In this document: positions 1-36,300 of the stretch, one piece after another
How positions within the stretch are numbered: the first letter of the stretch is position 1
Layout of the letters: each line of letters starts with the position of its first letter
Assembly (NCBI GenBank): GCA_040954595.2
Contig: CM082583.2
Span: 6,508,849-6,572,848 of the forward strand
Reading direction: 5' to 3'
Source of the DNA: Balanoglossus misakiensis
Lineage: Eukaryota; Animalia; Hemichordata
DNA: 64,000 nucleotides
Program-made: the position numbers and the translations under genes
The notes under the pieces: model-generated
What the model was told of the DNA's origin: nothing
What the model saw: the letters and a program-made list of their open reading frames with translations, nothing else
The model's database searches: none

Positions 1-1274
1 TTTACTTTAAGAGAGGGCGAAGACAGAGCAACACACCTGTAATTTCGTTACTTTTCAATAGGAAACATTTTACTTAATCATTGTTGCCTTTCAGTAAAGC
101 TGCCACAATCTTCTGTGAGCGACAAGAATTACGAGTGCCAAGAACCATAGCTGTGTGCTAACGTACCAAAAATGAAAGCGCGTACAACAGTACTGCTAAT
201 CTCTCATTTGTAGTCACTGAAAGCAAATTTAGAACATTTCCTCGGTGCAAGTGTTTTCTCATTTCCATCCGGTTAGCAAATTTATGTTTGACATTTACGC
301 CCTATTCATTTATTTCTGTGGATAAAGTAATACATTTCACGGCCTGTCTGTCATCGAGGTTTGCCTAAGTTACACAAGGCGCTTATAGTACGTGCCTTGA
401 ACTGTCCAGTATGTTTATGCTGACGCCAAATTCGGAATATGCTATTAAGTTCGTATAAGCATATGGTTGCCATTGTTTATTTCGAATATAATCATATACT
501 CGCCCTATAATCTGGCCAACTCCCAGCACACACACACACACATATATCACGAAAATAAACGCGATAATTATTTGATGCCTGTCTCTGTTGCTTCGAAATA
601 CCATGGGTTTGATTTTCAAAACAATCTTCCAAAGGCACAGATGCCTGCGCAGTTTATCGCACTGTCCTTAAATTCTGCTTGTGTCGACATGACCGGGCAC
701 ATGATGGGGAGGTGGTTGGTACACTCTGGCAAAATTTCAAGCCATGCTCCTGTGAATTCTTTGGTACGGTGCTGTGGCAATTCCGCCCCTACGACTAGAA
801 TTAACGATTTGCAGCATTGTCGTTCTATTTTCCAGAGCTGGTCGAAGCACCGTGTTCGAGAAAAACAAACTCTCCGATCCCAAGAAGAACAGAGGAATAA
901 AAAAATATCCAGTTAACACAACCCTCTGTAGTGTCGTAGCAACGGAACTACATTGCGCAATATGCCGGGACTTAACACGCGTTGATGGCCGTCGACACGC
1001 GTAAGATGTCGACACTTGTGAATCGATGAAAAACGAACGCGCTCTTACATTCACATCTATGTCAGTGTGACGGGCTGGCCTCAGCATGGTTGACGGGAAG
1101 GATTTTGAGCAGGATTACTGATGATCATGGGACTAATGCGGGTAGCACGAATTAAGAAGTGCATCCTCTTAGAGTCGACGTATCCGATCTCGCCAGGCCA
1201 CTGTTACAGAATACGCGCTTAAACTAGCATAGTCCTTTGTCGTCGAGAGAAACAGTCCACATAAAGCTTTCACC

Positions 1275-21727
<20,453 letters not shown>

Positions 21728-24339
21728 TCCCCTTTGTGAAGAGACGCCCCTTCACTAACTGCACGGATCCGTCCACAGCAAATAAGAGTGAAGAGGGAAG
21801 ATACGGGATTTGGTCAACAGGGGCGACGTGTTTTTGCTGATAAAATCACAGGAAACTGAGGGAGACTAAGATGTCTTACGTGAAATGAAAATTACATTTA
21901 CCCACTTTGATGTACATACTCCATATATAACATATTTTACGACTCATGACGATCTTATTTTTGAAGAACTTACAATGGTACTTGTTTTATGGTGTTATAT
22001 ATGTGGATGACGTACGGTGAGGGATTGGAGTGTTTGGCGTTTTTAATCAGAATTTCTCATCTTTCTTTCGGAAACTTGTCAACAAGTCAGTGCCTACGGT
22101 ATTCAAGATGCTATGTCATCCATTTGGCAGAGACGGGTGTGCGCATGAGCGGCAGTGGCATGGCGTGTTTCTCTACTCGCAGGAACAAACGTATAAGAAA
22201 AACAAAACTCAAAGAGTTGATTCACATCTATCTTAATACAGCGACATTGCAATTTTGATGCTGCCGTTTGTTTGCCAGGTTAAATGACCAAACTGTCGGA
22301 TAAGATGTTATAATTGCATATTATTTTCTCTCCGGTGTTTGGGATCTCACACAGGGATAATGAGGAAATCGACGAGCGATATGCTATGTTTTTGATTGTC
22401 TGTAGGTTTAATCCCAATCTGCTTTTAAGTATATGCGACGTCTTTGCCGTTCGTTACCTTGGTCGCATTCTGAGGCAGGCGGCAACATCAGAGAGTGAAC
22501 AGCAGGGACCAAGCACATGGTAAAGACACTCGCAAACCTCTACAGCTGAATTCAATCAGATTGATTTAATCCATGAATTTAAACCTTATATGAACGAAGA
22601 ATTTCACATATGTATGCTTATTCTTGTGATTTAATATTACAATTGAGTCGAATTTTTACATGAACATTAAAATGTTGCTGTATCGGTGGTTTCGACATCG
22701 GCTGTATTCTATAGGTGGGATCTTATGACAGACCACCATGAAATTGACACTGCACAGGTTAATTAGAGTCGTGACAGGAAACCGCGTGGCTCTCTTTTGG
22801 AATAACGTCTATCCGGTTCGTAGCCTCACACTAAAACCACACGGGTATATCGAAGCCACCCGAATGTTTCAAATGCTCAGTTGGGTCCAATACCAATGTA
22901 CATATCATTAAATTCTATTTTGCGCCTCAAAATTAATGAAGTTATTGAACAGAGATTCGTGCACACATGGAAATACGTTGCAACTGACGCAATGGTTGTC
23001 ATGGAAACAAATCTGCTTAGGTCACCGAGACTGTTTAACTCGCCTTGTTATTAATTCGGACGAGACATAAACAATTCTTCGTTGACACATTTGAGCAGAA
23101 CGGTACAAATGAAGTCATTCTGTTATTTTAAGACTTGTTTTGACTACTGAGATTGGACACTGCATTTTTGCGGGTTTTTATCAGTTTATTTTAGTTCATT
23201 TATCGTCGGAGTGATGGCAATGTACCAACCCGTGTTATGTTTCATTCACCAATCTAAACTAGTTCCTGCGAACTTGGGTTCCAATTAACAAAATATCACG
23301 ATGCTCACTCACACTCCGTTGCCAATCTCCAAACGATATATTTTGTCTTAGGTTATCACGAAGAACATTCAGTACCCTTCACATCATCCCCAAAAGACTT
23401 GACACATTTCGGCAAATTTCTTTGATTTAAATTCAATTTGACTCGTTTTACTGTAAAGTGTCATTCATTCTATATGCCTTCCTAGTGCCTTGATCATGTG
23501 ATTTTCTGTACAGGCGTTGTATTTATGGTGTCGGTAAGACAAATATACCCCTAACTGCCTAGACATTCATAAAAAAATCAGGGAATTAAAATTATTTGCT
23601 GAACATATGGATACACGTCTTTAAACAGTGTCCTGTAAGGTGAAAGGAGCATAACCTTTACTTAACCTTATTTTGTGTTTAAATTATTTTTTAAATGTTT
23701 CTAAAACGAGAAAAACGTATTCGCAGCAGTATCGATCGTCGGTTTCCAAGGTAACCGATGATGATTTTTCTTATGATAATTGCCACTAGCAGTTCAATTT
23801 TCTAATTGTAAGACATATGGTTCTGTTGATTTCTATTCCGTTGTTCATTTACCGTTTCCCGTGTAATTTTACATGAAGAGAACGTATGTAAGGTTTGTAC
23901 AGACATCGGATTATACGTAATGTATAATAATATATAATATTTATATATTTTTCTGAAATTGGTAAATTTAATGATTTACTGTGCCTTGCAGCCATGTAAT
24001 ACTTCAAACCTTATTGAGCGAATTTTATTTCATGCTCCACCTCAAGATGAATTTGTTTACCGAGAGAGAGAAAATAGAAATGCTTTTGAAATTGTCCTGA
24101 AAATTCTGTCATTCAGTGTAATAAGCTTGTCCTTTTATATTTCTGTTTGACGTGTATATACGTATAATTGGAAGTATTAAAATATTTGGGAGATACAGGA
24201 AGAAATTCAGATCCGTGCTTTGATTGGAATGTGCTAAATGTGCAAAAACACAAAAGTAGAAATATAAGTGTAAATAGGTGATCAGATGACCTGCAACGCC
24301 ATCACAACTGGAAACAAAAATGACCACAATGACAAAATC

Positions 24340-27300
24340 AACAAAGTTAGCAAAGTCGGGAATTTGTCATTTTTGATGATTTTCATGAGCTATAACCCAT
24401 GATTTTTTTCAAAAAATGACGAAATTTTAAAAATTCGCAGTCGAAAATTGTCAATTTTTGATGATTTTCATGAGCTATAACCCATGATTTTTACGAAAAA
24501 ATGAAGAAATTTTGAATATTCGCAAAGTCGAAAATTTTTCAATTTTTGATGATTTTCATGAGCTATAACCCATGGTTTTTTTCAAAAAATGAAGAAATTT
24601 TGATATTTCGGAAAGTTGCAAAATTTCTTCATTTTTTCGAAAAAATCATGGGTTATAGCTCATGAAAATCGTCCAAAAATGAAAATTTTTCGACTTTCCG
24701 AAATATCAAAATTTCTTCATTTTTTCAAAAAAATCATGGGTTATAGCCCATGAAAATCGTCCAAAAATGACAATTTTTCGACTTTCCGAAATATCAAAAT
24801 TTCTTCATTTTTTCGAAAAAATCATGAGTTATAGCCCATGTAAATCGTCCAAAATGACCATTTTTCGACTTTCCGAAATATCAAAATTTCTTCATTTTTT
24901 GGAAAAAATCATGGGTTATAGCCCATGAAAATCGTCCAAAAATGACAATTTTTCGACTTTCCGAAATATCAAAATTTCTTCATTTTTTGATAAAAATCAT
25001 GGGTTATAGCCCATGAAAATCGTCCAAAAATGACAATTTTTCGACTTTCCGAAATATCAAAATTTCTTCATTTTTTGATAAAAATCATGGGTTATAGCCC
25101 ATGAAAATCGTCCAAAAATGACCATTTTTCGACTTTCCGAAATATCAAAATTTCTTCATTTTTTGATAAAAATCATGGGTTATAGCCCATGAAAATCGTA
25201 CAAAAATGACCATTTTTCGACTTTCCGAAATATCAAAATTTCTTCATTTTTTGATAAAAATCATGGGTTATAGCCCATGAAAATCGTCCAAAAATGACAA
25301 TTTTTCGACTTTCCGAAATATCAAAATTTCTTCATTTTTTGATAAAAATCATGGGTTATAGCCCATGAAAATCGTCCAAAAATGACAATTTTTCGACTTT
25401 CCGAAATATCAAAATTTCTTCATTTTTTGATAAAAATCATGGGTTATAGCCCATGAAAATCGTCCAAAAATGACAATTTTTCGACTTTCCGAAATATCAA
25501 AATTTCTTCATTTTTTGATAAAAATCATGGGTTATAGCCCATGAAAATCGTCCAAAAATAACCATTTTTCGACTTTCCGAAATATCAAAATTTCTTCATT
25601 TTTTGATAAAAATCATGGGTTATAGCCCATGAAAATCGTCCAAAAATGACCATTTTTCGACTTTCCGAAATATCAAAATTTCTTCATTTTTTGATAAAAA
25701 TCATGGGTTATAGCCCATGAAAATCGTCCAAAAATGACAATTTTTCGACTTTCCGAAATATCAAAATTTCTTCATTTTTTGATAAAAATCATGGGTTATA
25801 GCCCATGAAAATCGTCCAAAAATGACCATTTTTCGACTTTCCGAAATATCAAAATTTCTTCATTTTTTGATAAAAATCATGGGTTATAGCCCATGAAAAT
25901 CGTCCAAAAATGACAATTTTTCGACTTTCCGAAATATCAAAATTTCTTCATTTTTTGATAAAAATCATGGGTTATAGCCCATGAAAATCGTCCAAAAATG
26001 ACCATTTTTCGACTTTCCGAAATATCAAAATTTCTTCATTTTTTGATAAAAATCATGGGTTATAGCCCATGAAAATCGTCCAAAAATGACCATTTTTCGA
26101 CTTTCCGAAATATCAAAATTTCTTCATTTTTTGATAAAAATCATGGGTTATAGCCCATGAAAATCGTCCAAAAATGACAATTTTTCGACTTTCCGAAATA
26201 TCAAAATTTCTTCATTTTTTGATAAAAATCATGGGTTATAGCCCATGAAAATCGTCCAAAAATGACAATTTTTCGACTTTCCGAAATATCAAAATTTCTT
26301 CATTTTTTGATAAAAATCATGGGTTATAGCCCATGAAAATCGTCCAAAAATGACAATTTTTCGACTTTCCGAAATATCAAAATTTCTTCATTTTTTGATA
26401 AAAATCATGGGTTATAGCCCATGAAAATCGTCCAAAAATGACCATTTTTCGACTTTCCGAAATATCAAAATTTCTTCATTTTTTGATAAAAATCATGGGT
26501 TATAGCCCATGAAAATCGTCCAAAAATGACAATTTTTCGACTTTCCGAAATATCAAAATTTCTTCATTTTTTGATAAAAATCATGGGTTATAGCCCATGA
26601 AAATCGTCCAAAAATGACAATTTTTCGACTTTCCGAAATATCAAAATTTCTTCATTTTTTGATAAAAATCATGGGTTATAGCCCATGAAAATCGTCCAAA
26701 AATGACAATTTTTCGACTTTCCGTAATATCAAAATTTCTTCATTTTTTGATAAAAATCATGGGTTATAGCCCATGAAAATCGTCCAAAAATGACAATTTT
26801 TCGACTTTCCGAAATATCAAAATTTCTTCATTTTTTGATAAAAATCATGGGTTATAGCCCATGAAAATCGTCCAAAAATGACAATTTTTCGACTTTCCGA
26901 AATATCAAAATTTCTTCATTTTTTGATAAAAATCATGGGTTATAGCCCATGAAAATCGTCCAAAAATGACCATTTTTCGACTTTCCGAAATATCAAAATT
27001 TCTTCATTTTTTGATAAAAATCATGGGTTATAGCCCATGAAAATCGTCCAAAAATGACCATTTTTCGACTTTCTGAAATATCAAAATTTCTTCATTTTTT
27101 GATAAAAATCATGGGTTATAGCCCATGAAAATCGTCCAAAAATGACAATTTTTCGACTTTCCGAAATATCAAAATTTCTTCATTTTTTGATAAAAATCAT
27201 GGGTTATAGCCCATGAAAATCGTCCAAAAATGACCATTTTTCGACTTTCCGAAATATCAAAATTTCTTCATTTTTTGATAAAAATCATGAGTTATAGCCC

Positions 27301-30300
27301 ATGAAAATCGTCCAAAAATGACAATTTTTCGACTTTCCGAAATATCAAAATTTCTTCATTTTTTCGAAAAAATCATGGGTTATAGCCCATGAAAATCGTC
27401 CAAAAATGACCATTTTTCGACTTTCCGAAATATCAAAATTTCTTCATTTTTTGATAAAAATCATGGGTTATAGCCCATGAAAATCGTCCAAAAATGACAA
27501 TTTTTCGACTTTCCGAAATATCAAAATTTCTTCATTTTTTGATAAAAATCATGGGTTATAGCCCATGAAAATCGTCCAAAAATGACAATTTTTCGACTTT
27601 CCGAAATATCAAAATTTCTTCATTTTTTGATAAAAATCATGGGTTATAGCCCATGAAAATCGTCCAAAAATGACAATTTTTCGACTTTCCGAAATATCAA
27701 AATTTCTTCATTTTTTGATAAAAATCATGGGTTATAGCCCATGAAAATCGTCCAAAAATGACCATTTTTCGACTTTCCGAAATATCAAAATTTCTTCATT
27801 TTTTCGAAAAAATCATGGGTTATAGCCCATGAAAATCGTCCAAAAATGACAATTTTTCGACTTTCCGAAATATCAAAATTTCTTCATTTTTTGATAAAAA
27901 TCATGGGTTATAGCCCATGAAAATCGTCCAAAAATGACAATTTTTCGACTTTCCGAAATATCAAAATTTCTTCATTTTTTGATAAAAATCATGGGTTATA
28001 GCCCATGAAAATCGTCCAAAAATGACCATTTTTCGACTTTCCGAAATATCAAAATTTTTTCATTTTTTCGAAAAAATCATGGGTTATAGCCCATGAAAAT
28101 CGTCCAAAAATGACCATTTTTCGACTTTCCGAAATATCAAAATTTCTTCATTTTTTGATAAAAATCATGGGTTATAGCCCATGAAAATCGTCCAAAAATG
28201 ACAATTTTTCGACTTTCCGAAATATCAAAATTTCTTCATTTTTTGATAAAAATCATGGGTTATAGCCCATGAAAATCGTCCAAAAATGACCATTTTTCGA
28301 CTTTCCGAAATATCAAAATTTCTTCATTTTTTCGAAAAAATCATGGGTTATAGCCCATGAAAATCGTCCAAAAATGACAATTTTTCGACTTTCCGAAATA
28401 TCAAAATTTCTTCATTTTTTGATAAAAATCATGGGTTATAGCCCATGAAAATCGTCCAAAAATGACAATTTTTCGACTTTCCGAAATATCAAAATTTCTT
28501 CATTTTTTGATAAAAATCATGGGTTATAGCCCATGAAAATCGTCCAAAAATGACAATTTTTCGACTTTCCGAAATATCAAAATTTCTTCATTTTTTGATA
28601 AAAATCATGGGTTATAGCCCATGAAAATCGTCCAAAAATGACCATTTTTCGACTTTCCGAAATATCAAAATTTCTTCATTTTTTGATAAAAATCATGGGT
28701 TATAGCCCATGAAAATCGTCCAAAAATGACAATTTTTCGACTTTCCGAAATATCAAATTTTTTTTATTTTTTTCGAAAAAATCATGGGTTATAGCCCATG
28801 AAAATCGTCCAAAAATGACAATTTTTCGACTTTCCGAAATATCAAAATTTCTTCATTTTTTGATAAAAATCATGGGTTATAGCCCATGAAAATCGTCCAA
28901 AAATGACAATTTTTCGACTTTCCGAAATATCAAAATTTCTTCATTTTTTCGAAAAAATCATGGGTTATAGCCCATGAAAATCGTCCAAAAATGACAATTT
29001 TTCGACTTTCCGAAATATCAAAATTTCTTCATTTTTTGATAAAAATCATGGGTTATAGCCCATGAAAATCGTCCAAAAATGACCATTTTTCGACTTTCCG
29101 AAATATCAAAATTTCTTCATTTTTTGATAAAAATCATGGGTTATAGCCCATGAAAATCGTCCAAAAATGACAATTTTTCGACTTTCCGAAATATCAAAAT
29201 TTCTTCATTTTTTGATAAAAATCATGGGTTATAGCCCATGAAAATCGTCCAAAAATGACAATTTTTCGACTTTCCGAAATATCAAAATTTCTTCATTTTT
29301 TGATAAAAATCATGGGTTATAGCCCATGAAAATCGTCCAAAAATGACAATTTTTCGACTTTCCGAAATATCAAAATGTCTTCATATTTTCGAAAAAATCA
29401 TGGGTTATAGCCCATGAAAATCGTCCAAAAATGACAATTTTTCGACTTTCCGAAATATCAAAATTTCTTCATTTTTTGATAAAAATCATGGGTTATAGCA
29501 CATGAAAATCGTACAAAAATGACAATTTTTCGACTTTCCGAAATATCAAAATTTCTTCATTTTTTGATAAAAATCATGGGTTATAGCCCATGAAAATCGT
29601 CCAAAAATGACAATTTTTCGACTTTCCGAAATATCAAAATTTCTTCATTTTTTGATAAAAATCATGGGTTATAGCCCATGAAAATCGTCCAAAAATGACA
29701 ATTTTTCGACTTTCCGAAATATCAAAATTTCTTCATTTTTTCGAAAAAATCATGGGTTATAGCCCATGAAAATCGTCCAAAAATGACAATTTTTCGACTT
29801 TCCGAAATATCAAAATTTCTTCATTTTTTGATAAAAATCATGGGTTATAGCCCATGAAAATCGTCCAAAAATGACAATTTTTCGACTTTCCGAAATATCA
29901 AAATTTCTTCATTTTTTGATAAAAATCATGGGTTATAGCCCATGAAAATCGTCCAAAAATGACCATTTTTCGACTTTCCGAAATATCAAAATTTTTTCAT
30001 TTTTTCGAAAAAATCATGGGTTATAGCCCATGAAAATCGTCCAAAAATGACCATTTTTCGACTTTCCGAAATATCAAAATTTCTTCATTTTTTGATAAAA
30101 ATCATGGGTTATAGCCCATGAAAATCGTCCAAAAATGACAATTTTTCGACTTTCCGAAATATCAAAATTTCTTCATTTTTTGATAAAAATCATGGGTTAT
30201 AGCCCATGAAAATCGTCCAAAAATGACCATTTTTCGACTTTCCGAAATATCAAAATTTCTTCATTTTTTCGAAAAAATCATGGGTTATAGCCCATGAAAA

Positions 30301-33300
30301 TCGTCCAAAAATGACAATTTTTGGACTTTCCGAAATATCAAAATTTCTTCATTTTTTGATAAAAATCATGGGTTATAGCCCATGAAAATCGTCCAAAAAT
30401 GACAATTTTTCGACTTTCCGAAATATCAAAATTTCTTCATTTTTTGATAAAAATCATGGGTTATAGCCCATGAAAATCGTCCAAAAATGACAATTTTTCG
30501 ACTTTCCGAAATATCAAAATTTCTTCATTTTTTGATAAAAATCATGGGTTATAGCCCATGAAAATCGTCCAAAAATGACCATTTTTCGACTTTCCGAAAT
30601 ATCAAAATTTCTTCATTTTTTGATAAAAATCATGGGTTATAGCCCATGAAAATCGTCCAAAAATGACAATTTTTCGACTTTCCGAAATATCAATTTTTTT
30701 TTATTTTTTTCGAAAAAATAATGGGTTATAGCCCATGAAAATCGTCCAAAAATGACAATTTTTCGACTTTCCGAAATATCAAAATTTCTTCATTTTTTGA
30801 TAAAAATCATGGGTTATAGCCCATGAAAATCGTCCAAAAATGACAATTTTTCGACTTTCCGAAATATCAAAATTTCTTCATTTTTTCGAAAAAATCATGG
30901 GTTATAGCCCATGAAAATCGTCCTAAAATGACAATTTTTCGACTTTCCGAAATATCAAAATTTCTTCATTTTTTGATCAAAATCATGGGTTATAGCCCAT
31001 GAAAATCGTCCAAAAATGACCATTTTTCGACTTTCCGAAATATCAAAATTTCTTCATTTTTTGATAAAAATCATGGGTTATAGCCCATGAAAATCGTCCA
31101 AAAATGACAATTTTTCGACTTTCCGAAATATCAAAATTTCTTCATTTTTTGATAAAAATCATGGGTTATAGCCCATGAAAATCGTCCAAAAATGACAATT
31201 TTTCGACTTTCCGAAATATCAAAATTTCTTCATTTTTTGATAAAAATCATGGGTTATAGCCCATGAAAATCGTCCAAAAATGACAATTTTTCGACTTTCC
31301 GAAATATCAAAATGTCTTCATATTTTCGAAAAAATCATGGGTTATAGCCCATGAAAATCGTCCAAAAATGACAATTTTTCGACTTTCCGAAATATCAAAA
31401 TTTCTTCATTTTTTGATAAAAATCATGGGTTATAGCACATGAAAATCGTACAAAAATGACAATTTTTCGACTTTCCGAAATATCAAATTTTCTTCATTTT
31501 TTCGACAAAATCATGGGTTATAGCCCATGAAAATCGTCCAAAAATGACAATTTTTCGACTTTCCGAAATATCAAAATTTCTTCATTTTTTGATAAAAATC
31601 ATGGGTTATAGCCCATGAAAATCGTCCAAAAATGACAATTTTTCGACTTTCCGAAATATCAAAATTTCTTCATTTTTTCGAAAAAAATTATGGGTTATAG
31701 CCCATGAAAATCGTCCAAAAAATGACAATTTTTCGACTTTCTGAAATATCAAAATTATTTCATTTTTTGATAAAAATCATGGGTTATAGCCCATGAAAAT
31801 CGTCCAAAAATGACTATTTTTCGACTTTCCGAAATATCAAAATTTCTTCATTTTTTGATAAAAATCATGGGTTATAGCCCATGAAAATCGTCCAAAAATG
31901 ACCATTTTTCGACTTTCCGAAATATCAAAATTTCTTCATTTTTTGATAAAAATCATGGGTTATAGCTCATGAAAATCGTCCAAAAATGACAATTTTTCGA
32001 CTTTCCGAAATATCAAATTTTCTTCATTTTTTCGACAAAATCATGGGTTATAGCCCATGAAAATCGTCCAAAAATGACAATTTTTCGACTTTCCGAATTA
32101 TCAAAATTTCTTCATTTTTTGATAAAAATCATGGGTTATAGCCCATGAAAATCGTCCAAAAATGACAATTTTTTGACTTTCCGAAATATCAAAATTTCTT
32201 CATTTTTTGATAAAAATCATGGGTTATAGCCCATGAAAATCGTCCAAAAATGACAATTTTTCGACTTTCCGAAATATGAAAATTTCTTCATTTTTTGATA
32301 AAAATCATGGGTTATAGCCCATGAAAATCGTCCAAAAATGACAATTTTTCGACTTTCCGAAATATCAAAATTTCTTCATTTTTTCGAAAAAATCATGGGT
32401 TATAGCCCATGAAAATAGTCCAAAAATGACAATTTTTCGACTTTCCGAAATATCAAAATTTCTTCATTTTTTGATAAAAATCATGGGTTATAGCCCATGA
32501 AAATCGTCCAAAAATAACAATTTTTCGACTTTCCGAAATATCAAAATTTCTTCATTTTTTCGAAAAAATCATGGGTTATAGCCCATGAAAATCGTCCAAA
32601 AATGACAATTTTTTGACTTTCCGAAATATCAAAATTTCTTCATTTTTTGATAAAAATCATGGGTTATAGCCCATGAAAATCGTCCAAAAATGATAATTTT
32701 TCGACTTTCCGAAATATCAAAATTTCTTCATTTTTTGATAAAAATCATGGGTTATAGCCCATGAAAATCGTCCAAAAATGACCATTTTTCGACTTTCCGA
32801 AATATCAAAATTTCTTCATTTTTTGATAAAAATCATGGGTTATAGCCCATGAAAATCGTCCAAAAATGACAATTTTTCGACTTTCCGAAATATCAAAATT
32901 TCTTCATTTTTTGATAAAAATCATGGGTTATAGCCCATGAAAATCGTCCAAAAATGACAATTTTTCGACTTGCCGAAATATCAAAATTTCTTCATTTTTT
33001 CGACAAAATCATGGGTTATAGCCCATGAAAATCGTCCAAAAATGACAATTTTTCGACTTTCCGAAATATCAAAATTTCTTCATTTATTGATAAAAATCAT
33101 GGGTTATAGCCCATGAAAATCGTCCAAAAATGACCATTTTTCGACTTTCCGAAATATCAAAATTTCTTCATTTTTTGATCAAAATCATGGGTTTAGCCCA
33201 TGAAAATCGTCCAAAAATGACCATTTTTCGACTTTCCGAAATATCAAAATTTCTTCATATTTTTGAAAAAATCATGGGTTATAGCCCATGAAAATCGTCC

Positions 33301-36300
33301 AAAAATGACCATTTTTCGACTTTCCGAAATATCAAAATTTCTTCATATTTTTGAAAAAATCATGGGTTATAGCCCATGAAAATCGTCCAAAAATGATAAT
33401 TTTTCGACTTTCCGAAATATCAAAATTTCTTCATTTTTTGATAAAAATCATGGGTTATAGCCCATGAAAATCGTCCAAAAATGACAATTTTTCGACTTTC
33501 CGAAATATCAAAATTTCTTCATTTTTTGATAAAAATCATGGGTTATAGCCCATGAAAATCGTCCAAAAATGACCAATTTTCGACTTTCCGAAATATCAAA
33601 ATTTCTTCATATTTTTGAAAAAATCATGGGTTATAGCCCATGAAAATCGTCCAAAAATGATAATTTTTCGACTTTCCGAAATATCAAAATTTCTTCATTT
33701 TTTGATAAAAATCATGGGTTATAGCCCATGAAAATCGTCCAAAAATGACAATTTTTCGACTTTCCGAAATATCAAAATTTCTTCATTTTTTGATAAAAAT
33801 CATGGGTTATAGCCCATGAAAATCGTCCAAAAATGACAATTTTTCGACTTTCCGAAATATCATAATTTCTTCATTTTTTGATAAAAATCATGGGTTATAG
33901 CCCATGAAAATCGTCCAAAAATGACCAATTTTCGACTTTCCGAAATATCAAAATTTCTTCATATTTTTGAAAAAATCATGGGTTATAGCCCATGAAAATC
34001 GTCCAAAAATGACCATTTTTCGACTTTCCGAAATATCAAAATTTCTTCATTTTTTGATAAAAATCATGGGTTATAGCTCATGAAAATCGTCCAAAAATGA
34101 CAATTTTTCGACTTTCCGAAATATCAAATTTTCTTCATTTTTTCGATAAAATCATGGGTTATAGCCCATGAAAATCGTCCAAAAATGACAATTTTTCGAC
34201 TTTCCGAAATATCAAAATTTCTTCATTTTTTGATAAAAATCATGGGTTATAGACCATGAAAATCGTCCAAAAATGACAATTTTTCGACTTTCCGAAATAT
34301 CAAAATTTCTTCATTTTTTGATAAAAATCATGGGTTATAGCCCAGGAAAATCGTCCAAAAATGACAATTTTTCGACTTTCCGAAATATCAAAATTTCTTC
34401 ATTTTTTGATAAAAAATCATGGGTTATAGCCCATGAAAATCGTCCAAAAATGACAATTTTTCGACTTTCCGAAATATCAAAATTTCTTCATTTTTTGATA
34501 AAAATCATGGGTTATAGCCCATGAAAATCGTCCAAAAATGACAATTTTTCGACTTTCCGAAATATCAAAATTTCTTCATTTTTTGATAAAAATCATGGGT
34601 TATAGCCCATGAAAATCGTCCAAAAATGACAATTTTTCGACTTTCCGAAATATCAAAATTTCTTCATTTTTTGATAAAAATCATGGGTTATAGCCCATGA
34701 AAATCGTCCAAAAATGACAATTTTTCGACTTTCTGAAATATCAAAATTTCTTCATTTTTTGATAAAAATCATGGGTTATAGCCCATGAAAATCGTCCAAA
34801 AATGACAATTTTTCGACTTTCCGAAATATCAAAATTTCTTCATTTTTTCGAAAAAATCATGGGTTATAGCCCATGAAAATCGTCCAAAAATGACCATTTT
34901 TCGACTTTCCGAAATATCAAAATTTCTTCATATTTTCGAAAAAATCATGGGTTATAGCCCATGAAAATCGTCCAAAAATGACCATTTTTCGACTTTCCGA
35001 AATATCAAAATTTCTTCATATTTTCGAAAAAATCATGGGTTATAGCCCATGAAAATCGTCCAAAAATGACAATTTTTCGACTTTCCGAAATATCAAAATT
35101 TCTTCATTTTTTCGAAAAAATCATGGGTTATAGCCCATGAAAATCGTCCAAAAATGACCATTTTTCGACTTTCCGAAATATCAAAATTTCTTCATATTTT
35201 CGTAAAAATCATGGGTTATAGCCCATGAAAATCGTCCAAAAATGACCATTTTTCGACTTTCCGAAATATCAAAATTTCTTCATTTTTTCGAAAAAATCAT
35301 GGGTTATAGCCCATGAAAATCGTCCAAAAATGACAATTTTTCGACTTTCCGAAATATCAAAATTTCTTCATTTTTTGATAAAAATCATGGGTTATAGCCC
35401 ATGAAAATCGTCCAAAAATGACCATTTTTCGACTTTCCGAAATATCAAAATTTCTTCATTTTTTGATAAAAATCATGGGTTATAGCCCATGAAAATCGTC
35501 CAAAAATGACCATTTTTCGACTTTCCGAAATATCAAAATTTCTTCATTTTTTGATAAAAATCATGGGTTATAGCCCATGAAAATCGTCCAAAAATGACAA
35601 TTTTTCGACTTTCCGAAATATCAAAATTTCTTCATTTATTGATAAAAATCATGGGTTATAGCCCATGAAAATCGTCCAAAAATGACCATTTTTCGACTTT
35701 CCGAAATATCAAAATTTCTTCATTTTTTGATCAAAATCATGGGTTATAGCCCATGAAAATCGTCCAAAAATGAAAATTTTTCGACTTTCCGAAATATCAA
35801 AATTTCTTCATTTTTTCGAAAAAATCATGGGTTATAGCCCATGAAAATAGTCCAAAAATGACAATTTTTCGACTTTCCGAAATATCAAAATTTCTTCATT
35901 TTTTGATAAAAATCATGGGTTATAGCCCATGAAAATCGTCCAAAAATAACAATTTTTCGACTTTCCGAAATATCAAAATTTCTTCATTTTTTGATAAAAA
36001 ATCATGGGTTATAGCCCATGAAAATCGTCCAAAAATAACCATTTTTCGACTTTCCGGAATATCAAAATTTCTTCATTTTTTGATAAAAATCATGGGTTAT
36101 AGCCCATGAAAATCGTCCAAAAATGACAATTTTTCCACTTTCCGAAATATCAAAATTTCTTCATTTTTTCGAAAAAATCATGGGTTATAGCCCATGAAAA
36201 TAGTCCAAAAATGACAATTTTTCGACTTTCCGAAATATCAAAATTTCTTCATTTTTTGATAAAAATCATGGGTTATAGCCCATGAAAATCGTCCAAAAAT

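Noticed and set aside
22685-22862. Weak 15-bp inverted ends in the GPCR 3' region
   Set aside because: Too short and mismatched to call a MITE without copy-number data.
34273-34524. 83-aa ORF inside the satellite
   Set aside because: It arises from a point variant and indels that remove stops in the repeat; no coding signal.
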